From an uncultured delta proteobacterium (GTDB lineage: Bacteria; Desulfobacterota; Binatia; UBA9968), in the NCBI GenBank assembly GCA_963727625.1, contig CAVSHR010000004.1, positions 736,001 to 800,000 of the forward strand: a stretch of 64,000 bases of DNA. The letters run 5' to 3'. The position numbers were made by a program, and so were the translations under genes. Of the stretch, positions 39,335 through 49,631 are shown piece after piece. Every line of letters starts with the position of its first letter. The stretch's first letter is position 1. The notes below the pieces were generated by a model. That model was not told where the DNA came from. It was given only the letters and a program-made list of their open reading frames with translations, and made no database searches.

Positions 39335-40093
39335 GTGAAAAAAGAATTACTACGCGGTATCATTTCCATCGTCGCCGGCCTGGTGATCTGGGAGTTCCTA
39401 GCCAGGCTGCTACTCGACAACGAACTCCTGATCCCGCCGCCGAGCAGCGTGCTTCGCTCTCTCTGGAGCCTTACGGTCGAAGGTAAATTGGGCCATCACC
39501 TGGCTGCCACGCTCTTGGAATTTTCCTACGGCTTCACCACCGCGTGCGTGATCGGCGTCATTTTGGGTTATCTGATGGGCAGGTACAAATGGGTCGATGA
39601 GCTGATGGACCCTTGGATCGCCACGCTTTATTCGATTCCGATCATTGCCGTCGTTCCGATCATTATTATCTGGTTCGGCATCGGGATGGTTTCCAAAATT
39701 ATCGTCGTGTTCAAAATTACCGTCGTCGCGATCATGCTCAACACCGCGGCTGGAATCAAGTCCCTGGACCCGGTCTGGCTCGAGCTGGCCAAATCAATGC
39801 GGCTCAGTTCCTGGGAAACGACCTACAAAATTCGCTTACCCGCGGCGTTCCCCCATATCATTACCGGTATGCGTTTGGGGGTTGGGCGGGCGCTTCTAGG
39901 CGTCATCGTGGCGGAACTGATGGCCGCCAATGCCGGCTTGGGCTACATGCTGAGAGACGCTTCTGAGACCTGGGACAGCCCTAAACTTTTTGTCACGGTC
40001 ATCCTCTTGGCCGCCATGGGGCTCATCAGCTTTAATCTGATCAAACGAATTGAACACCGAATCGCTCCTTGGCGCCAGTCCGCGGAGTGGTAG
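39335..40093 (+). CDS. NitT/TauT ABC transporter permease
   Basis: PPPS, P.IIIWFGIG, EAA-like loop, VAEL..ANAGLG. Confidence 0.92.
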   Translation: MKKELLRGIISIVAGLVIWEFLARLLLDNELLIPPPSSVLRSLWSLTVEGKLGHHLAATLLEFSYGFTTACVIGVILGYLMGRYKWVDELMDPWIATLYSIPIIAVVPIIIIWFGIGMVSKIIVVFKITVVAIMLNTAAGIKSLDPVWLELAKSMRLSSWETTYKIRLPAAFPHIITGMRLGVGRALLGVIVAELMAANAGLGYMLRDASETWDSPKLFVTVILLAAMGLISFNLIKRIEHRIAPWRQSAEW

Positions 40094-40146
40094 ATCACCG
40101 AGTCGCCGGTTGTTGCGCTTCACAATGATTTATCCAGGATGAGATT

Positions 40147-40929
40147 ATGACTCTGATGCCAAATGTTTCATCTTCCATGATAAAAGTCGGATCGATTCTG
40201 GCCGGTTTGGTCGCCTGGCATGTGATATCCGATGTCATCATCCAGGATACGAGTTTAATCGTTTCACCGATAACCGTGCTCCGCACCGGTTACGACATGA
40301 CGTTCGTTACAGGAGAGCTCTATCCCCATTTAATTGCCAGCTCATGGATTTTCTTCTACGGGTTTTCGCTTGCCATCGTCGCCGGCGCAGGGCTGGGCTT
40401 CTTAATGGCGCTCAGCCCCTTGATCCGCGATTACATCAATCCTTGGATGGCCACCCTTTACTCGACCCCGCGAATCGCTTTTGCGCCGATTCTCCTTTTG
40501 TGGTTTGGCATCGGCGGCGGTTCTAAAGTCGCCATCGTGTTCCTCGGTTGCGTTTTTCCGATTCTCATCAATTGCTTTTATGGCATGCGCGTGGTCAACC
40601 GGGAATTCGTCGAATTGGCGCGTTCCTTTCGTTTAGGGAGATGGGCGTTGTTCTTTAAGATTTTGCTGCCGGCTTCCGTGCCGTTTATGCTGGCTGGAAT
40701 TCGTCTGGCGGTTGGTCGCGGCCTCACCGGCGTCGCCATCGCCGAGTGGTTCGGCGCCACGGAGGGCTTGGGTTATCTAATCTTTTTCGCCGGGCAAACT
40801 CTGAACATACCCATCTTGTTTGTCGGCGTGACTGCGTTCGGCATCCTCGGCGTCGCCGGATTTGAAGCGGTCAAGATCGTCGAGCACTACGCGACCCCTT
40901 GGCGGAATGGCTTGGAGGTCGGAGATTAG
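40147..40929 (+). CDS. NitT/TauT ABC transporter permease
   Basis: PRIAFAPILLLWFGIG, LAGIRLAVGR, IAEWFGATEGLG. Confidence 0.92.
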   Translation: MTLMPNVSSSMIKVGSILAGLVAWHVISDVIIQDTSLIVSPITVLRTGYDMTFVTGELYPHLIASSWIFFYGFSLAIVAGAGLGFLMALSPLIRDYINPWMATLYSTPRIAFAPILLLWFGIGGGSKVAIVFLGCVFPILINCFYGMRVVNREFVELARSFRLGRWALFFKILLPASVPFMLAGIRLAVGRGLTGVAIAEWFGATEGLGYLIFFAGQTLNIPILFVGVTAFGILGVAGFEAVKIVEHYATPWRNGLEVGD

Positions 40930-40930
40930 C

Positions 40931-41731
40931 ATGGCGGGGGCGGTACTTGAGCTGAGAAATTTGACGAAGGAGATTCTTCGGCCGGGGCGGGACCCTTTCG
41001 TTATTTTTCAAAATATCAATCTCAGCGTCCAGGACGGCGAGTTTGTCAGTATCGTCGGACCTAGCGGCTGTGGCAAAACGACCTTGCTTCGAGTGATCAA
41101 CGGGCTTTTGCCCTACTCCGGCGGCGAAATTTATGTCGACGGCAAGCACGCCAAAGACGTTGACAGCGACCTTTTAATGGGATTCGTGTTTCAAGGAGCG
41201 TCGCTGCTGCCTTGGCGCACGAGTTTGAAAAACGTTCTTCTCGGTCTAGAAGGAAGAAATCACCGCCGCAGGGATTCCGAGAGTCTTGCGCGAAAATTCC
41301 TCGAGCTGGTTGGCCTGGCCGGATTTGAAAATCACTACCCGCACGAATTGTCCGGTGGTATGCAACAGCGGGTCAATCTCGCCCGCGCGTTGGCGATCAA
41401 TCCGCGAATTCTTCTAATGGACGAGCCTTTTGCCGCGCTCGATGCGCAGACGCGAAATTTCATGCAGATCGAGTTGCTGCGCATATGGAGAGAGGCACAA
41501 AAGACGGTCATTTTCGTCACCCACATGATTTCCGAAGCGATCTTGCTTTCCGATCGCGTCATAGTCATTAGTCATCGGCCGGGGACGGTTCGATCGGAGT
41601 TTCAAGTGCGCCTACCGCGTCCGCGAACCATCGAAGTACGATCCAACCCCCGTTTCGTTGAATTGGAAAACATCGTCTGGAAACAAATAGAGGAAGAGGT
41701 CAACGCCACCGGCGGTTTTGCAAAGCTTTAA
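40931..41731 (+). CDS. NitT/TauT ABC transporter ATP-binding protein
   Basis: Walker A GPSGCGKT, signature LSGGMQQR, Walker B LLMDEPF. Confidence 0.95.
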   Translation: MAGAVLELRNLTKEILRPGRDPFVIFQNINLSVQDGEFVSIVGPSGCGKTTLLRVINGLLPYSGGEIYVDGKHAKDVDSDLLMGFVFQGASLLPWRTSLKNVLLGLEGRNHRRRDSESLARKFLELVGLAGFENHYPHELSGGMQQRVNLARALAINPRILLMDEPFAALDAQTRNFMQIELLRIWREAQKTVIFVTHMISEAILLSDRVIVISHRPGTVRSEFQVRLPRPRTIEVRSNPRFVELENIVWKQIEEEVNATGGFAKL

Positions 41732-41757
41732 TTGTTCCAATCTGAGAGGAGGATTTT

Positions 41758-42765
41758 ATGATTAGATTACAACTGAAAAAACCGGTCTTGGCTCTGGTGC
41801 TGCTTTCGCTGGTTCTGCTCCCAGCATCGCTGTTCGCCGGAGACTCTTTGTCGAAGTTTCGCCTTGTGCAAAGCGGTCACACCGCGATGAGTTGGCCTAT
41901 TTATGTCGCCAAAGATCAAAAGATCTTCGAGAAAAACGGTCTTGATTTTGAAGAAATCATCATTCGCGGCGCAACCAACACGACACGCGCGGTACTGAGC
42001 AACTCTGTCGGGATCGGACGCATCAATCCTGACTATGTCGTCACGGCGATGGAAAAAGGCGCCAAGGTAAAAATTGTCGCCGGATCGCTCGATAAAATCC
42101 CTTATAACCTCATGGCGCGCCCCGAAATCAAATCCGGCGCGCAACTGAAGGGGAAAACGATCGGCGTCAGTTCCCTCACCGGCGGAACGACTCTCATGCT
42201 GCATGAAGTCATGGAAAAAGCCTTCAAGCTCAAAGAAACCGATTACAAGTTGCTCGTGGTCGGAACCTCCCCGGACCGTTACGCCGCCTTGAAAGGCGGA
42301 TCAGTCCAGGCGACCTTTATGGGACCTCCTTTCAATATTCGTGCAAAAAAGGAAGGTTTCACGGACCTGGCGGTCTGGCATGATTATCTCGGTCCCATCC
42401 AGTTTGTGGTGACTTTCGCGCACAACGATTATCTCAAGAGCCACCGCAAAGAAACCGTGGCGTACCTGAAGAGTATTATTCAGGCCACGCAATGGCTCTA
42501 TGATCCGAAAAACAAGGAGAAAGCGATCGCCCTGCACATGAAAATTCTCAAGAGCAAGCCGGACGTCGCGCAAAGCGACTACAAATACGTCGTCGAAGAG
42601 TTCAAGCCGTTTTCGCCGGAAGGCATGGTGAGCGATGAAGGTATGAAAAAGACTTTCGCGCTGAGGGTCGCCGCCGGCATGTACCAAGGCAAAAAGGTGC
42701 CATCGTATAAGGAGTACGTCGACACCTCTTATGGCGAACAGGCCAAGAAAGAGCTCGGACTTTAG
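41758..42765 (+). CDS. ABC substrate-binding protein, NMT1/THI5 family
   Basis: Signal peptide, LKGKTIGVSS, operon context. Confidence 0.88.
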   Translation: MIRLQLKKPVLALVLLSLVLLPASLFAGDSLSKFRLVQSGHTAMSWPIYVAKDQKIFEKNGLDFEEIIIRGATNTTRAVLSNSVGIGRINPDYVVTAMEKGAKVKIVAGSLDKIPYNLMARPEIKSGAQLKGKTIGVSSLTGGTTLMLHEVMEKAFKLKETDYKLLVVGTSPDRYAALKGGSVQATFMGPPFNIRAKKEGFTDLAVWHDYLGPIQFVVTFAHNDYLKSHRKETVAYLKSIIQATQWLYDPKNKEKAIALHMKILKSKPDVAQSDYKYVVEEFKPFSPEGMVSDEGMKKTFALRVAAGMYQGKKVPSYKEYVDTSYGEQAKKELGL

Positions 42766-42780
42766 TCATCTACCGCCTCA

Positions 42781-42833
42781 GCCAGCGAATCGACGAGTCA
42801 AAAACCGTCGATTCGCTGGCATGCCTGCTTTTT
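42781..42833 (+). terminator. Strong hairpin after the ABC operon
   Basis: 15-bp stem GCCAGCGAATCGACG / CGTCGATTCGCTGGC, T-run a few nt downstream. Confidence 0.65.
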
Positions 42834-43084
42834 GACTCACCCTGAGGTCAGCGCACGTTTATCGGAGTGTTTTTCACTGCTTTTTGTATTATGCGCGGCC
42901 ACGCATGGTCAGGGTCATAGCAATCCACGCCGATGGGTAAATTCGCGCCGCATCGATCGTATTTGAAATTCGTTGGAAATGTGAAATATTTGCCCTCTCG
43001 GATCTGCTTTCCGGGATCCTGGAGGTTCTCTTTACGCTCGACAGATTTGATTGATCCGGTATGACAAAAAGAAAGGCAGCGGGT

Positions 43085-44083
43085 ATGAAATTCGTTATGC
43101 GATTCATGTTAGCAATCCTGTTGATTGGCGGGACGGCCAGCGCCCCGGTTTGCGCCCAGGCGCTAAAGAAGATTCGCATCGGTTATCCATCCTTGAGCTT
43201 TCGCCAGTCCAATGTCTGGGTGGCGAAGGAGATGGGTTTATTCAACAAGTACGGACTCGAAGTGGAACCGATTTTTCTCCGCGGCGGCCAGATGGCTACC
43301 CAGGCGCTGGTCGCGGGCGATCCGCCCATCGTTAACATCGGTACGGTGGTGCAAGCGAGCCTTCGCGGTCACAACCTGGTGCTCGTGGCCGCGGTTGAAA
43401 CCAAGTACGATCAAATCGTCTTCGCCCGTCCCAACATCACGAAGCTCGAGCAGCTCAAGGGCAAAACCTTCGGGGTGAGCGGCTTTGGCTCCGCGACCCA
43501 TTACGCCTCGGCCATTCTGATCAAACATCTTAAGCTGGATCCCAAAGATTTGGCGATTATCCCAACTGGCGCCGACGCCGAGCGGCTGGCTGCGCTCAGT
43601 ACCGGAAAAATCGACGCGACTTTTTTCAGCTCTTCCGCGGCCCCGGTGGCTCGGAAGGCCGGCTTTAACGAGCTTTTGCAGATCGCCGACCTCGGCGTCG
43701 AAGTTCAGGGCAACGGCTTTGCGACGTCGAAAGCCTATATCCAGAGTAATCGTGAGACCGTCAAAAATGCCCTCAAAGGATTTATCGAGGCAATCTATTT
43801 TGTTTACGCCAACAAGAAAGACGCCCAAAAGGTGTTTGCAAAATACATGCGCACCAACGACCCCGCCGTCCTCGAGGAATCCTACGAGGGCTACATCAAG
43901 ATGATTCCCAAGAAGCCTTACCCTACCCTCAAGGGAATTCAGTTCATGCTGGACATGCTGGCGCCGACGATGCCCGAAGCGAAGAGCGCCAAACCCGAGC
44001 AGTTTGTCGATCTGAGCTTTTTACATGAACTCGAGAAAGAAGGCTTCTTCAACGAGATGGCGAAACGGTACCCAACGAAATAA
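43085..44083 (+). CDS. ABC substrate-binding protein, NMT1/THI5 family
   Basis: Signal peptide, KIRIGYP, GLFNKYGL, LKGKTFGVS; start at 43061 or 43085. Confidence 0.88.
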   Translation: MKFVMRFMLAILLIGGTASAPVCAQALKKIRIGYPSLSFRQSNVWVAKEMGLFNKYGLEVEPIFLRGGQMATQALVAGDPPIVNIGTVVQASLRGHNLVLVAAVETKYDQIVFARPNITKLEQLKGKTFGVSGFGSATHYASAILIKHLKLDPKDLAIIPTGADAERLAALSTGKIDATFFSSSAAPVARKAGFNELLQIADLGVEVQGNGFATSKAYIQSNRETVKNALKGFIEAIYFVYANKKDAQKVFAKYMRTNDPAVLEESYEGYIKMIPKKPYPTLKGIQFMLDMLAPTMPEAKSAKPEQFVDLSFLHELEKEGFFNEMAKRYPTK

Positions 44084-44084
44084 C

Positions 44085-44162
44085 TGGAGCGATGGAGTAC
44101 CGGAGTTTTGGAGTGTTGGGTTTTTCCGAAGCACCCCGTTACTCCAGCCCTCCAAGACTTCA
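44085..44162. repeat. Family A palindrome
   Basis: tggagcga tggagtac cggagttt tggagtgt ... ttactcca gccctcca agacttca. Confidence 0.8.
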
Positions 44163-44188
44163 TCAACCCAATCTTGAAGGAGGCGTTC

Positions 44189-44578
44189 ATGGCACGCAAA
44201 ACCATCCAACCCAAAACTCTCAACGATCCCCGGCCGCGCTACTCTCAAGGAATTCAAACCCGCGGCGGCAAGCTCGTGTTTGTCGCCGGACAAACGGCGT
44301 CGGACAAGGACGGCAAGGTCGTCGGCAAGGGCAACATCAGGGCCCAGACTGAACAGGTTTTCGCCAATCTCAGAGCGGTTTTGAAGGCGGCCGGCGGCAC
44401 ACTGGATAATCTCGTGATGACGACGACCTATATCGTCGATCGTAAATACCGCGAAGGCTATAACGAGGTGCGCCGCGGGCAGTATAAAAAGGACCCGGCG
44501 ACCAGCACGCTGGTGATCGTCAAGGGCCTCGCCCATCCCGATTATCTGATCGAGATCTCCGGCATCGCCGTCATTTGA
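44189..44578 (+). CDS. RidA/YjgF family protein
   Basis: YSQG, FVAGQ, QTEQVFANL, PATST....LA.P..LIEI; AGGAGG RBS. Confidence 0.9.
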   Translation: MARKTIQPKTLNDPRPRYSQGIQTRGGKLVFVAGQTASDKDGKVVGKGNIRAQTEQVFANLRAVLKAAGGTLDNLVMTTTYIVDRKYREGYNEVRRGQYKKDPATSTLVIVKGLAHPDYLIEISGIAVI

Positions 44579-44580
44579 AC

Positions 44581-45549
44581 ATGAAAATCACGGTCCTCGA
44601 CGATTATCAGCGCGCCTTCGATAGCACCGACGCGATCCGGCGCCTGCGACAGAAAGCCGACGTCCGCATCATCACCGAGAAGCTGCCGTCGGACACCGCC
44701 GTCGCGGCAGCGCTCAACGGCTCGCAAGCGATCATACCGGTGCGCGAGCGCACCAAGTTCACCGCATCGCTGCTCAGCGCGCTGCCGGATCTCGAACTTA
44801 TTTCTCAAACCGGCAATCACGTCTATCACGTCGACCTGGAAGCGGCGACCAAACAAGGCATCGTCGTCAGCCTGGCGCCGGGCGGTAACAGCACGACGGA
44901 ATTGGCCTTCGCTTTGATGCTCGCCGTCATGCGGCGAATTTCACAAAGCGACCGCGCCATGCGCCGCGGCGAATGGCCGATGGTGCTCGGCTACGTGCTC
45001 AAGGGAAAAACTCTCGGGATCTTGGGGCTCGGGAAAATCGGCACCGAGGTCGCCGCCATCGCCCGCGCCTTCGGCATGAAGGTGATCGCCTGGGGACCGA
45101 CGCTCACCGCCGAACGCGCGGCCAAATCCGAAGCAAGGTTTTTGCCCTTGGAAGAAGTTCTCAAGTCGTCCGACGTCGTATCGGTGCACCTCGCGCTTTC
45201 TGATCAGAGCAAAAACTTGCTCAATGAAGCGCGCCTGCGCTTGATGAAACCATCCGCCTATCTGATCAACACTGCCCGCGGTGCCATCGTCGACGAGCCC
45301 GCCCTGATCCAGCTCTTGAAAGAAAACGCCATCGGCGGCGCCGCCCTCGACGTCTTCGTCGAAGAGCCGCTGCCGAAGAATCATCCCCTCCTCGACCTCG
45401 ACAACGTCGTGCTGGCTCCCCATCTCGGCTGGCCCACCGACTCGGGCTTCGCCGGCTTTGCCGAAAAGGCTGTCGAGAACATCCTCGACTATATGAACGG
45501 CAAGCTCACCCGCGCCCTCAATCCCGAAGCGCTCAAACACCGCCGCTAA
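44581..45549 (+). CDS. D-2-hydroxyacid dehydrogenase family protein
   Basis: MKITVLDDYQ, RERT, GILGLGKIG, INTARG, ALDVF..EPLP, PHLG. Confidence 0.92.
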   Translation: MKITVLDDYQRAFDSTDAIRRLRQKADVRIITEKLPSDTAVAAALNGSQAIIPVRERTKFTASLLSALPDLELISQTGNHVYHVDLEAATKQGIVVSLAPGGNSTTELAFALMLAVMRRISQSDRAMRRGEWPMVLGYVLKGKTLGILGLGKIGTEVAAIARAFGMKVIAWGPTLTAERAAKSEARFLPLEEVLKSSDVVSVHLALSDQSKNLLNEARLRLMKPSAYLINTARGAIVDEPALIQLLKENAIGGAALDVFVEEPLPKNHPLLDLDNVVLAPHLGWPTDSGFAGFAEKAVENILDYMNGKLTRALNPEALKHRR

Positions 45550-45655
45550 CCGGACGCGGCGTCGGTCCAGCCACCGGACCAATCGATTCTATCATATTCG
45601 GTTATCGTCGCACGAAAACCGCCGAGGAATCAGCATCTGCACTCCCTTTGAATGT

Positions 45656-45755
45656 CTTACTCAACACAGTGAAGCATCTGCTTTTTCCGGCCCGGCTTTC
45701 TTTCTCGGGCGAAAATTCCAAAAGCAGATTCCTCGGCTGCGCCTCGGAATGACAG
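45656..45755. repeat. TGTC/GTCAT-type REP-like element (family E); related half-copies at about 34425-34480 and 57817-57847
   Basis: TGTC...CATCTGCTTT / AAAGCAGATTCCTCGGCTGCGCCTCGGAATGACA. Confidence 0.6.
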
Positions 45756-45833
45756 TCTGCCAGCGGCTCCCTATTCAAGAGATTTATATCGGCAGGAAAT
45801 CCGGAGTCCGAGCTTGGACTCGCGTCGGATCGA

Positions 45834-47117
45834 TCATGCCCTCAGCCTCGTGCTGTGAAACACACGGTTGTCCTGATCAATGAATTCCAACAGGGCGTGA
45901 TTGGGATCGGCTTTGGGGTCGATGGTGATCTTTGCGAAATTAAAATCTTCCGCCAGATAGTATTCAAAGCGCCGCGCTGATCCGTCGGTGATTCGATTGA
46001 GCGGCGCGCCTAAGGGCCCCGCGGTGATGTCCTTGAGCCCGCGGGACTTGGGAATTTTAGTGATCGCCGCGTAGTGCATATCCGCGCTGAGAAAATAAAC
46101 GCCGCGGATTTTGTTTTGATTGATGAAGCGCAGGATCTGCGCCCGCTCTTTGGGAAAACCGTCCCATCGATCGCTGCCGCCGCCGGCCATCGTCACCGAG
46201 GTGGCGATGAATTTGAAGGTCGCTGTGGAACTCGCAACGCGGTCGAAGAGCCACGCCTTTTGCGCCTCACCTAACATCGTGCCGCTCTTGAGATCGCGGT
46301 ACTGGCGCGTGTCGAGAATAAAAAGCTCCGCCGCCCGGCCCCAGCGAAACGAACGGTAAATTCGCCGCGGATCGCTCGCCGGACAGCGCACCGGCCAATA
46401 ATCGAGAAACGCTTTCCACCCGATGGGAGCCAAAGCGTCACCGGGCAAAAAATCATCTGCGACTTCGTGATCGTCCCAGACGACATAGAGGCCAGTGTTT
46501 TGCATACAGGCTTGCGTCGCATAGTCGTCACGGTTGACACGGTATTTGGCCCAGAACTCCGCTAACTGCCGCGCGCTGCCGTTTTTGTCGGCGTAGATCG
46601 TATCGCCCAGGTTCAGGAAAAAATCCGGCCGCTGCGCAGCCACGGCGCTCATGACGGTGAACGGTTTGTAGCTTTCGCGGGTGTCGCCGCTGAAGCAAAA
46701 CGTCACCTTCGCGGCATCGTCCGGATGCGGCGCGGTCACGAAGCTCCCGACCGGCCCCGGAAATTTGCCGCTGACCGCGGCGCGATAATAGTAGCGGCTC
46801 GCCGGCTTCAAACCACTGAGGGAAATTTTTACGGTGTAATCCGACGCCGAATCCACTGGAAACACCCGGGTGGAGGCATATTTGACGAGACGCGGATGCC
46901 CGCCGTATTGCAAGGCAACCCGGCTGCCGGCCTCGGCGCGCAGCCAGACCAGTGCGCTCGTGTCGGTCACATCGCCGGCGACACAGTAAAGCGACAACCC
47001 TGTGGCCGGATCGGGCGGAGTGAACACCGTGGCGCACCCGGATTGGCCCAAAAAAAACGGCGCGCCTAGACCGGCTGCCGCTACGGCTTTGAGAAATTGT
47101 CTGCGACGCATCGTCAT
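45834..47117 (-). CDS. phoD: Alkaline phosphatase D family protein, Tat-exported
   Basis: Tat motif RRRQFLK; AGDVT, LGDTIYAD, WDDHEV, LDTRQYR, D.WDGF, LSADMH. Confidence 0.9.
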   Translation of the reverse strand: MTMRRRQFLKAVAAAGLGAPFFLGQSGCATVFTPPDPATGLSLYCVAGDVTDTSALVWLRAEAGSRVALQYGGHPRLVKYASTRVFPVDSASDYTVKISLSGLKPASRYYYRAAVSGKFPGPVGSFVTAPHPDDAAKVTFCFSGDTRESYKPFTVMSAVAAQRPDFFLNLGDTIYADKNGSARQLAEFWAKYRVNRDDYATQACMQNTGLYVVWDDHEVADDFLPGDALAPIGWKAFLDYWPVRCPASDPRRIYRSFRWGRAAELFILDTRQYRDLKSGTMLGEAQKAWLFDRVASSTATFKFIATSVTMAGGGSDRWDGFPKERAQILRFINQNKIRGVYFLSADMHYAAITKIPKSRGLKDITAGPLGAPLNRITDGSARRFEYYLAEDFNFAKITIDPKADPNHALLEFIDQDNRVFHSTRLRA

Positions 47118-47618
47118 TCAAACATAAAATTTATTCCAGAGGATCTCGCACAGCCAGCCGGCGATCAGGGGAAAGAGCAGGCTCACGGTCAGACGTACCG
47201 CGACAACCTTCGGACCCAAAAAGGGGATCTCCCACATGATGATGCGTTGCATGCCGAACAACGACCACGCCGTCAGGTACGCCACCAAGGGCCCGATACC
47301 GACCCCCATCTTGTAAAACGAAGCGATCACCGGGAAGTGAGTCATCGGTCCGCCCGGGGTGACACCGCCCAAGGTCATGCCGACGAGAAGACCCCGAAAG
47401 CCCGTCCCATGGCCCATCCATTCGACGATCAGTTCTTTGGGCACGATCGCTTGGAACAACCCCGCCAGCAAAAATGCCGCGATCATGCGCGGGGTGATTT
47501 CAAGAATCAACGAGCCGGTCGCGTTGAGCCCTTTTTGAGCGGCTTCCGGCGACTTATAGTAAACCGCGGCGAGCATGACCAGCGCCGCCGCCATCATGAC
47601 GACTGTCGATGTGTCCAT
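47118..47618 (-). CDS. Predicted permease (DUF318/ArsP-like half-size membrane protein)
   Basis: Multiple TM helices; GGVTPGGP, LVAYLTAWS; AGGAG RBS. Confidence 0.75.
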   Translation of the reverse strand: MDTSTVVMMAAALVMLAAVYYKSPEAAQKGLNATGSLILEITPRMIAAFLLAGLFQAIVPKELIVEWMGHGTGFRGLLVGMTLGGVTPGGPMTHFPVIASFYKMGVGIGPLVAYLTAWSLFGMQRIIMWEIPFLGPKVVAVRLTVSLLFPLIAGWLCEILWNKFYV

Positions 47619-47805
47619 GGATCTCCTGAAGATAAGATTGGTTAACTTTCGCGGGGGCATCGGATGTACTGCAGCGAACCGTGAGCGTAGATTTGAACTG
47701 TAAAGAGCGCCGGGTGAATTTGCAAACCGGCGGCTCAAGAGGCTCGTTTGACTTGCCCCGGACGCTATAGTTACCTGGAGGCGATCATTTTACGCGGAGG
47801 AATGA

Positions 47806-49089
47806 ATGGCTCTCGATCAGGAATTGGCAAATAAAGTCATCGATCAAATCGACCGCGACGAATTGGCTCGGCTCGGCTGCGATCTCACCGGCATCCCGAG
47901 CCCCACTGGCCAGGAAAAAGCGATCGGCGAATTCATTTTGAGCTGGTTCGAGTCCAACGGCATCAAAGCGGTCAGACAAGACGTCGAATTCGACCGGCCC
48001 AACGCCGTCGGGGTGGTCAAAGGCGACGGCACAGGGTTGAGCCTCGGCTTCAACGGCCATACGGATACGAGTTTCACCGGCACCGAGGAAGACCGCCGCA
48101 TGGTCGCCGACATGGAGCCCGAGTCGGAGCTCAAGGGAAAGATCGTCGGCGATAAAGTTCGAGGCCTCGGCATCTCCAACATGAAGGGCGGCGTCGCGGC
48201 GTTCATGATCGCCGGCAAGGCGCTCAAAAAATGCGGCGTGAAGTTGAAAGGCGACGTGGTTCTCGCCGCCGTGGTCGGCGAGATCTCGCGCACCCCCGTG
48301 GGCCCCTGGCAGACCAAGGAATATCGCGGCGAAGGCGCCGGCACGCGCCATCTGTTGACCCACGGCATGCATTCGGACTACGCGGTCTGCTGCGACGGCT
48401 CCGACATGAACATCGTCTGGACCCAGAACGGCGTCGTGCAGGTGAAGATTCAAACCTTCGGCAAGGCCGAGGCCGCCTGGGGCTCCAATCGCGAAACCCA
48501 TCCGATGGTAAAGATGAACGCCATCGTCAAAATGACCAAGATCATCGACGCCATCGAGCGCTGGGGCGCGGAGTTCGAAGCGAAATATGTTTACCAATCC
48601 CCCACCGGCCCGCTCTATCCCAAGGTCAACATCGGCGGCATCGAAGGCGGCGCGCCCTACCGGCCCAACTACTATCCCGGCGTCTGCTCGATCTACGTCG
48701 ACATTCGCATGCCGCCGCAAATCCGGCCGGTGCAGATCCAGCACGAGCTGGAAAAGAGGTTGAATGCGACCGGCCTCGAATACCAAATGGATATTTACAA
48801 ATCGTTGCTCGGCCACGAGGGCAAGAACGTCGAGCCGTTGGTCAAGTCGGCCGAAGAGGTTTTCCAGCATCTGTTCGGCGCCAATATCAAGCACGAAGCT
48901 CCCGACCGCGCCAGCATCTGGACGGACACCAACGTGTACAACGAGCTCGGCATCCCCGCGATCAAGATCGGCCCGCGCGGCCGCCGCATCGGCCCGCGCA
49001 ACGAGGAAATCGAGATCGAGACGATGGTCGACGCGGCGAAGCTCTACGCGCTCATGGCGCTCGATATCTGCACGAGGCCAAGAGCCTAG
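47806..49089 (+). CDS. M20/ArgE-DapE family metallo-amidohydrolase
   Basis: SPTGQE, FNGHTDT, GLG..NMKGG, VVGE. Confidence 0.85.
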   Translation: MALDQELANKVIDQIDRDELARLGCDLTGIPSPTGQEKAIGEFILSWFESNGIKAVRQDVEFDRPNAVGVVKGDGTGLSLGFNGHTDTSFTGTEEDRRMVADMEPESELKGKIVGDKVRGLGISNMKGGVAAFMIAGKALKKCGVKLKGDVVLAAVVGEISRTPVGPWQTKEYRGEGAGTRHLLTHGMHSDYAVCCDGSDMNIVWTQNGVVQVKIQTFGKAEAAWGSNRETHPMVKMNAIVKMTKIIDAIERWGAEFEAKYVYQSPTGPLYPKVNIGGIEGGAPYRPNYYPGVCSIYVDIRMPPQIRPVQIQHELEKRLNATGLEYQMDIYKSLLGHEGKNVEPLVKSAEEVFQHLFGANIKHEAPDRASIWTDTNVYNELGIPAIKIGPRGRRIGPRNEEIEIETMVDAAKLYALMALDICTRPRA

Positions 49090-49300
49090 TAGTAAAGGAG
49101 TTCGCAGTCCGGCTGACCTCTTAGAATCTGGACGGCTAAAATAATACTATGCCGTCCCCATACGCAGCCTTCTGCAGCCGAGAAAGAGATGTGGAATGGG
49201 ATCGTAAGCGTATGACATATCGAGAAAATTGCTGCTGTCGCAAGAATCTAATCGAGCAGTGTTATACCGACCGGCATATTCATAGTTTGAGCATACTACT

Positions 49301-49328
49301 TTGACACGGCATAAATTTTGGCTATAAT
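49301..49328 (+). promoter_or_regulatory. Consensus sigma70 promoter of the TA module with an overlapping operator-like inverted repeat
   Basis: TTGACA-N16-TATAAT; TGGCTA-taatc-TGGCCA spans the -10; the ATG is 9 nt after the -10. Confidence 0.8.
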
Positions 49329-49337
49329 CTGGCCAGA

Positions 49338-49631
49338 ATGCGCTTTGAGATCATTTTGGCTCCGGAGGCGGTGGAAGATTTTCGCGCTTTGAAGGCCAAT
49401 GTTCGATCGACCGTCCGCGATGCTCTTGAAACGCATCTTCGGCACGAACCCATGAAATCGAGCCGGAGCCGGATCAAGCGGCTGCGAGGCCTGGCGCGAC
49501 CACAGTATCGACTTCGTATCGGTGAGGTTCGAATATTTTACGACGTATTAGCCGAGTCCGTTGAGGTCTTGGCTATCGTGCCCAAATCGGAGGCGGCAAT
49601 ATGGCGGGAGCAGTTCGGAAAGCCCGAATAA
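49338..49631 (+). CDS. Type II toxin, RelE/ParE family
   Basis: I.LAPEA.ED, IKRLRG, YRLRIGEVRIFYDV. Confidence 0.9.
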   Translation: MRFEIILAPEAVEDFRALKANVRSTVRDALETHLRHEPMKSSRSRIKRLRGLARPQYRLRIGEVRIFYDVLAESVEVLAIVPKSEAAIWREQFGKPE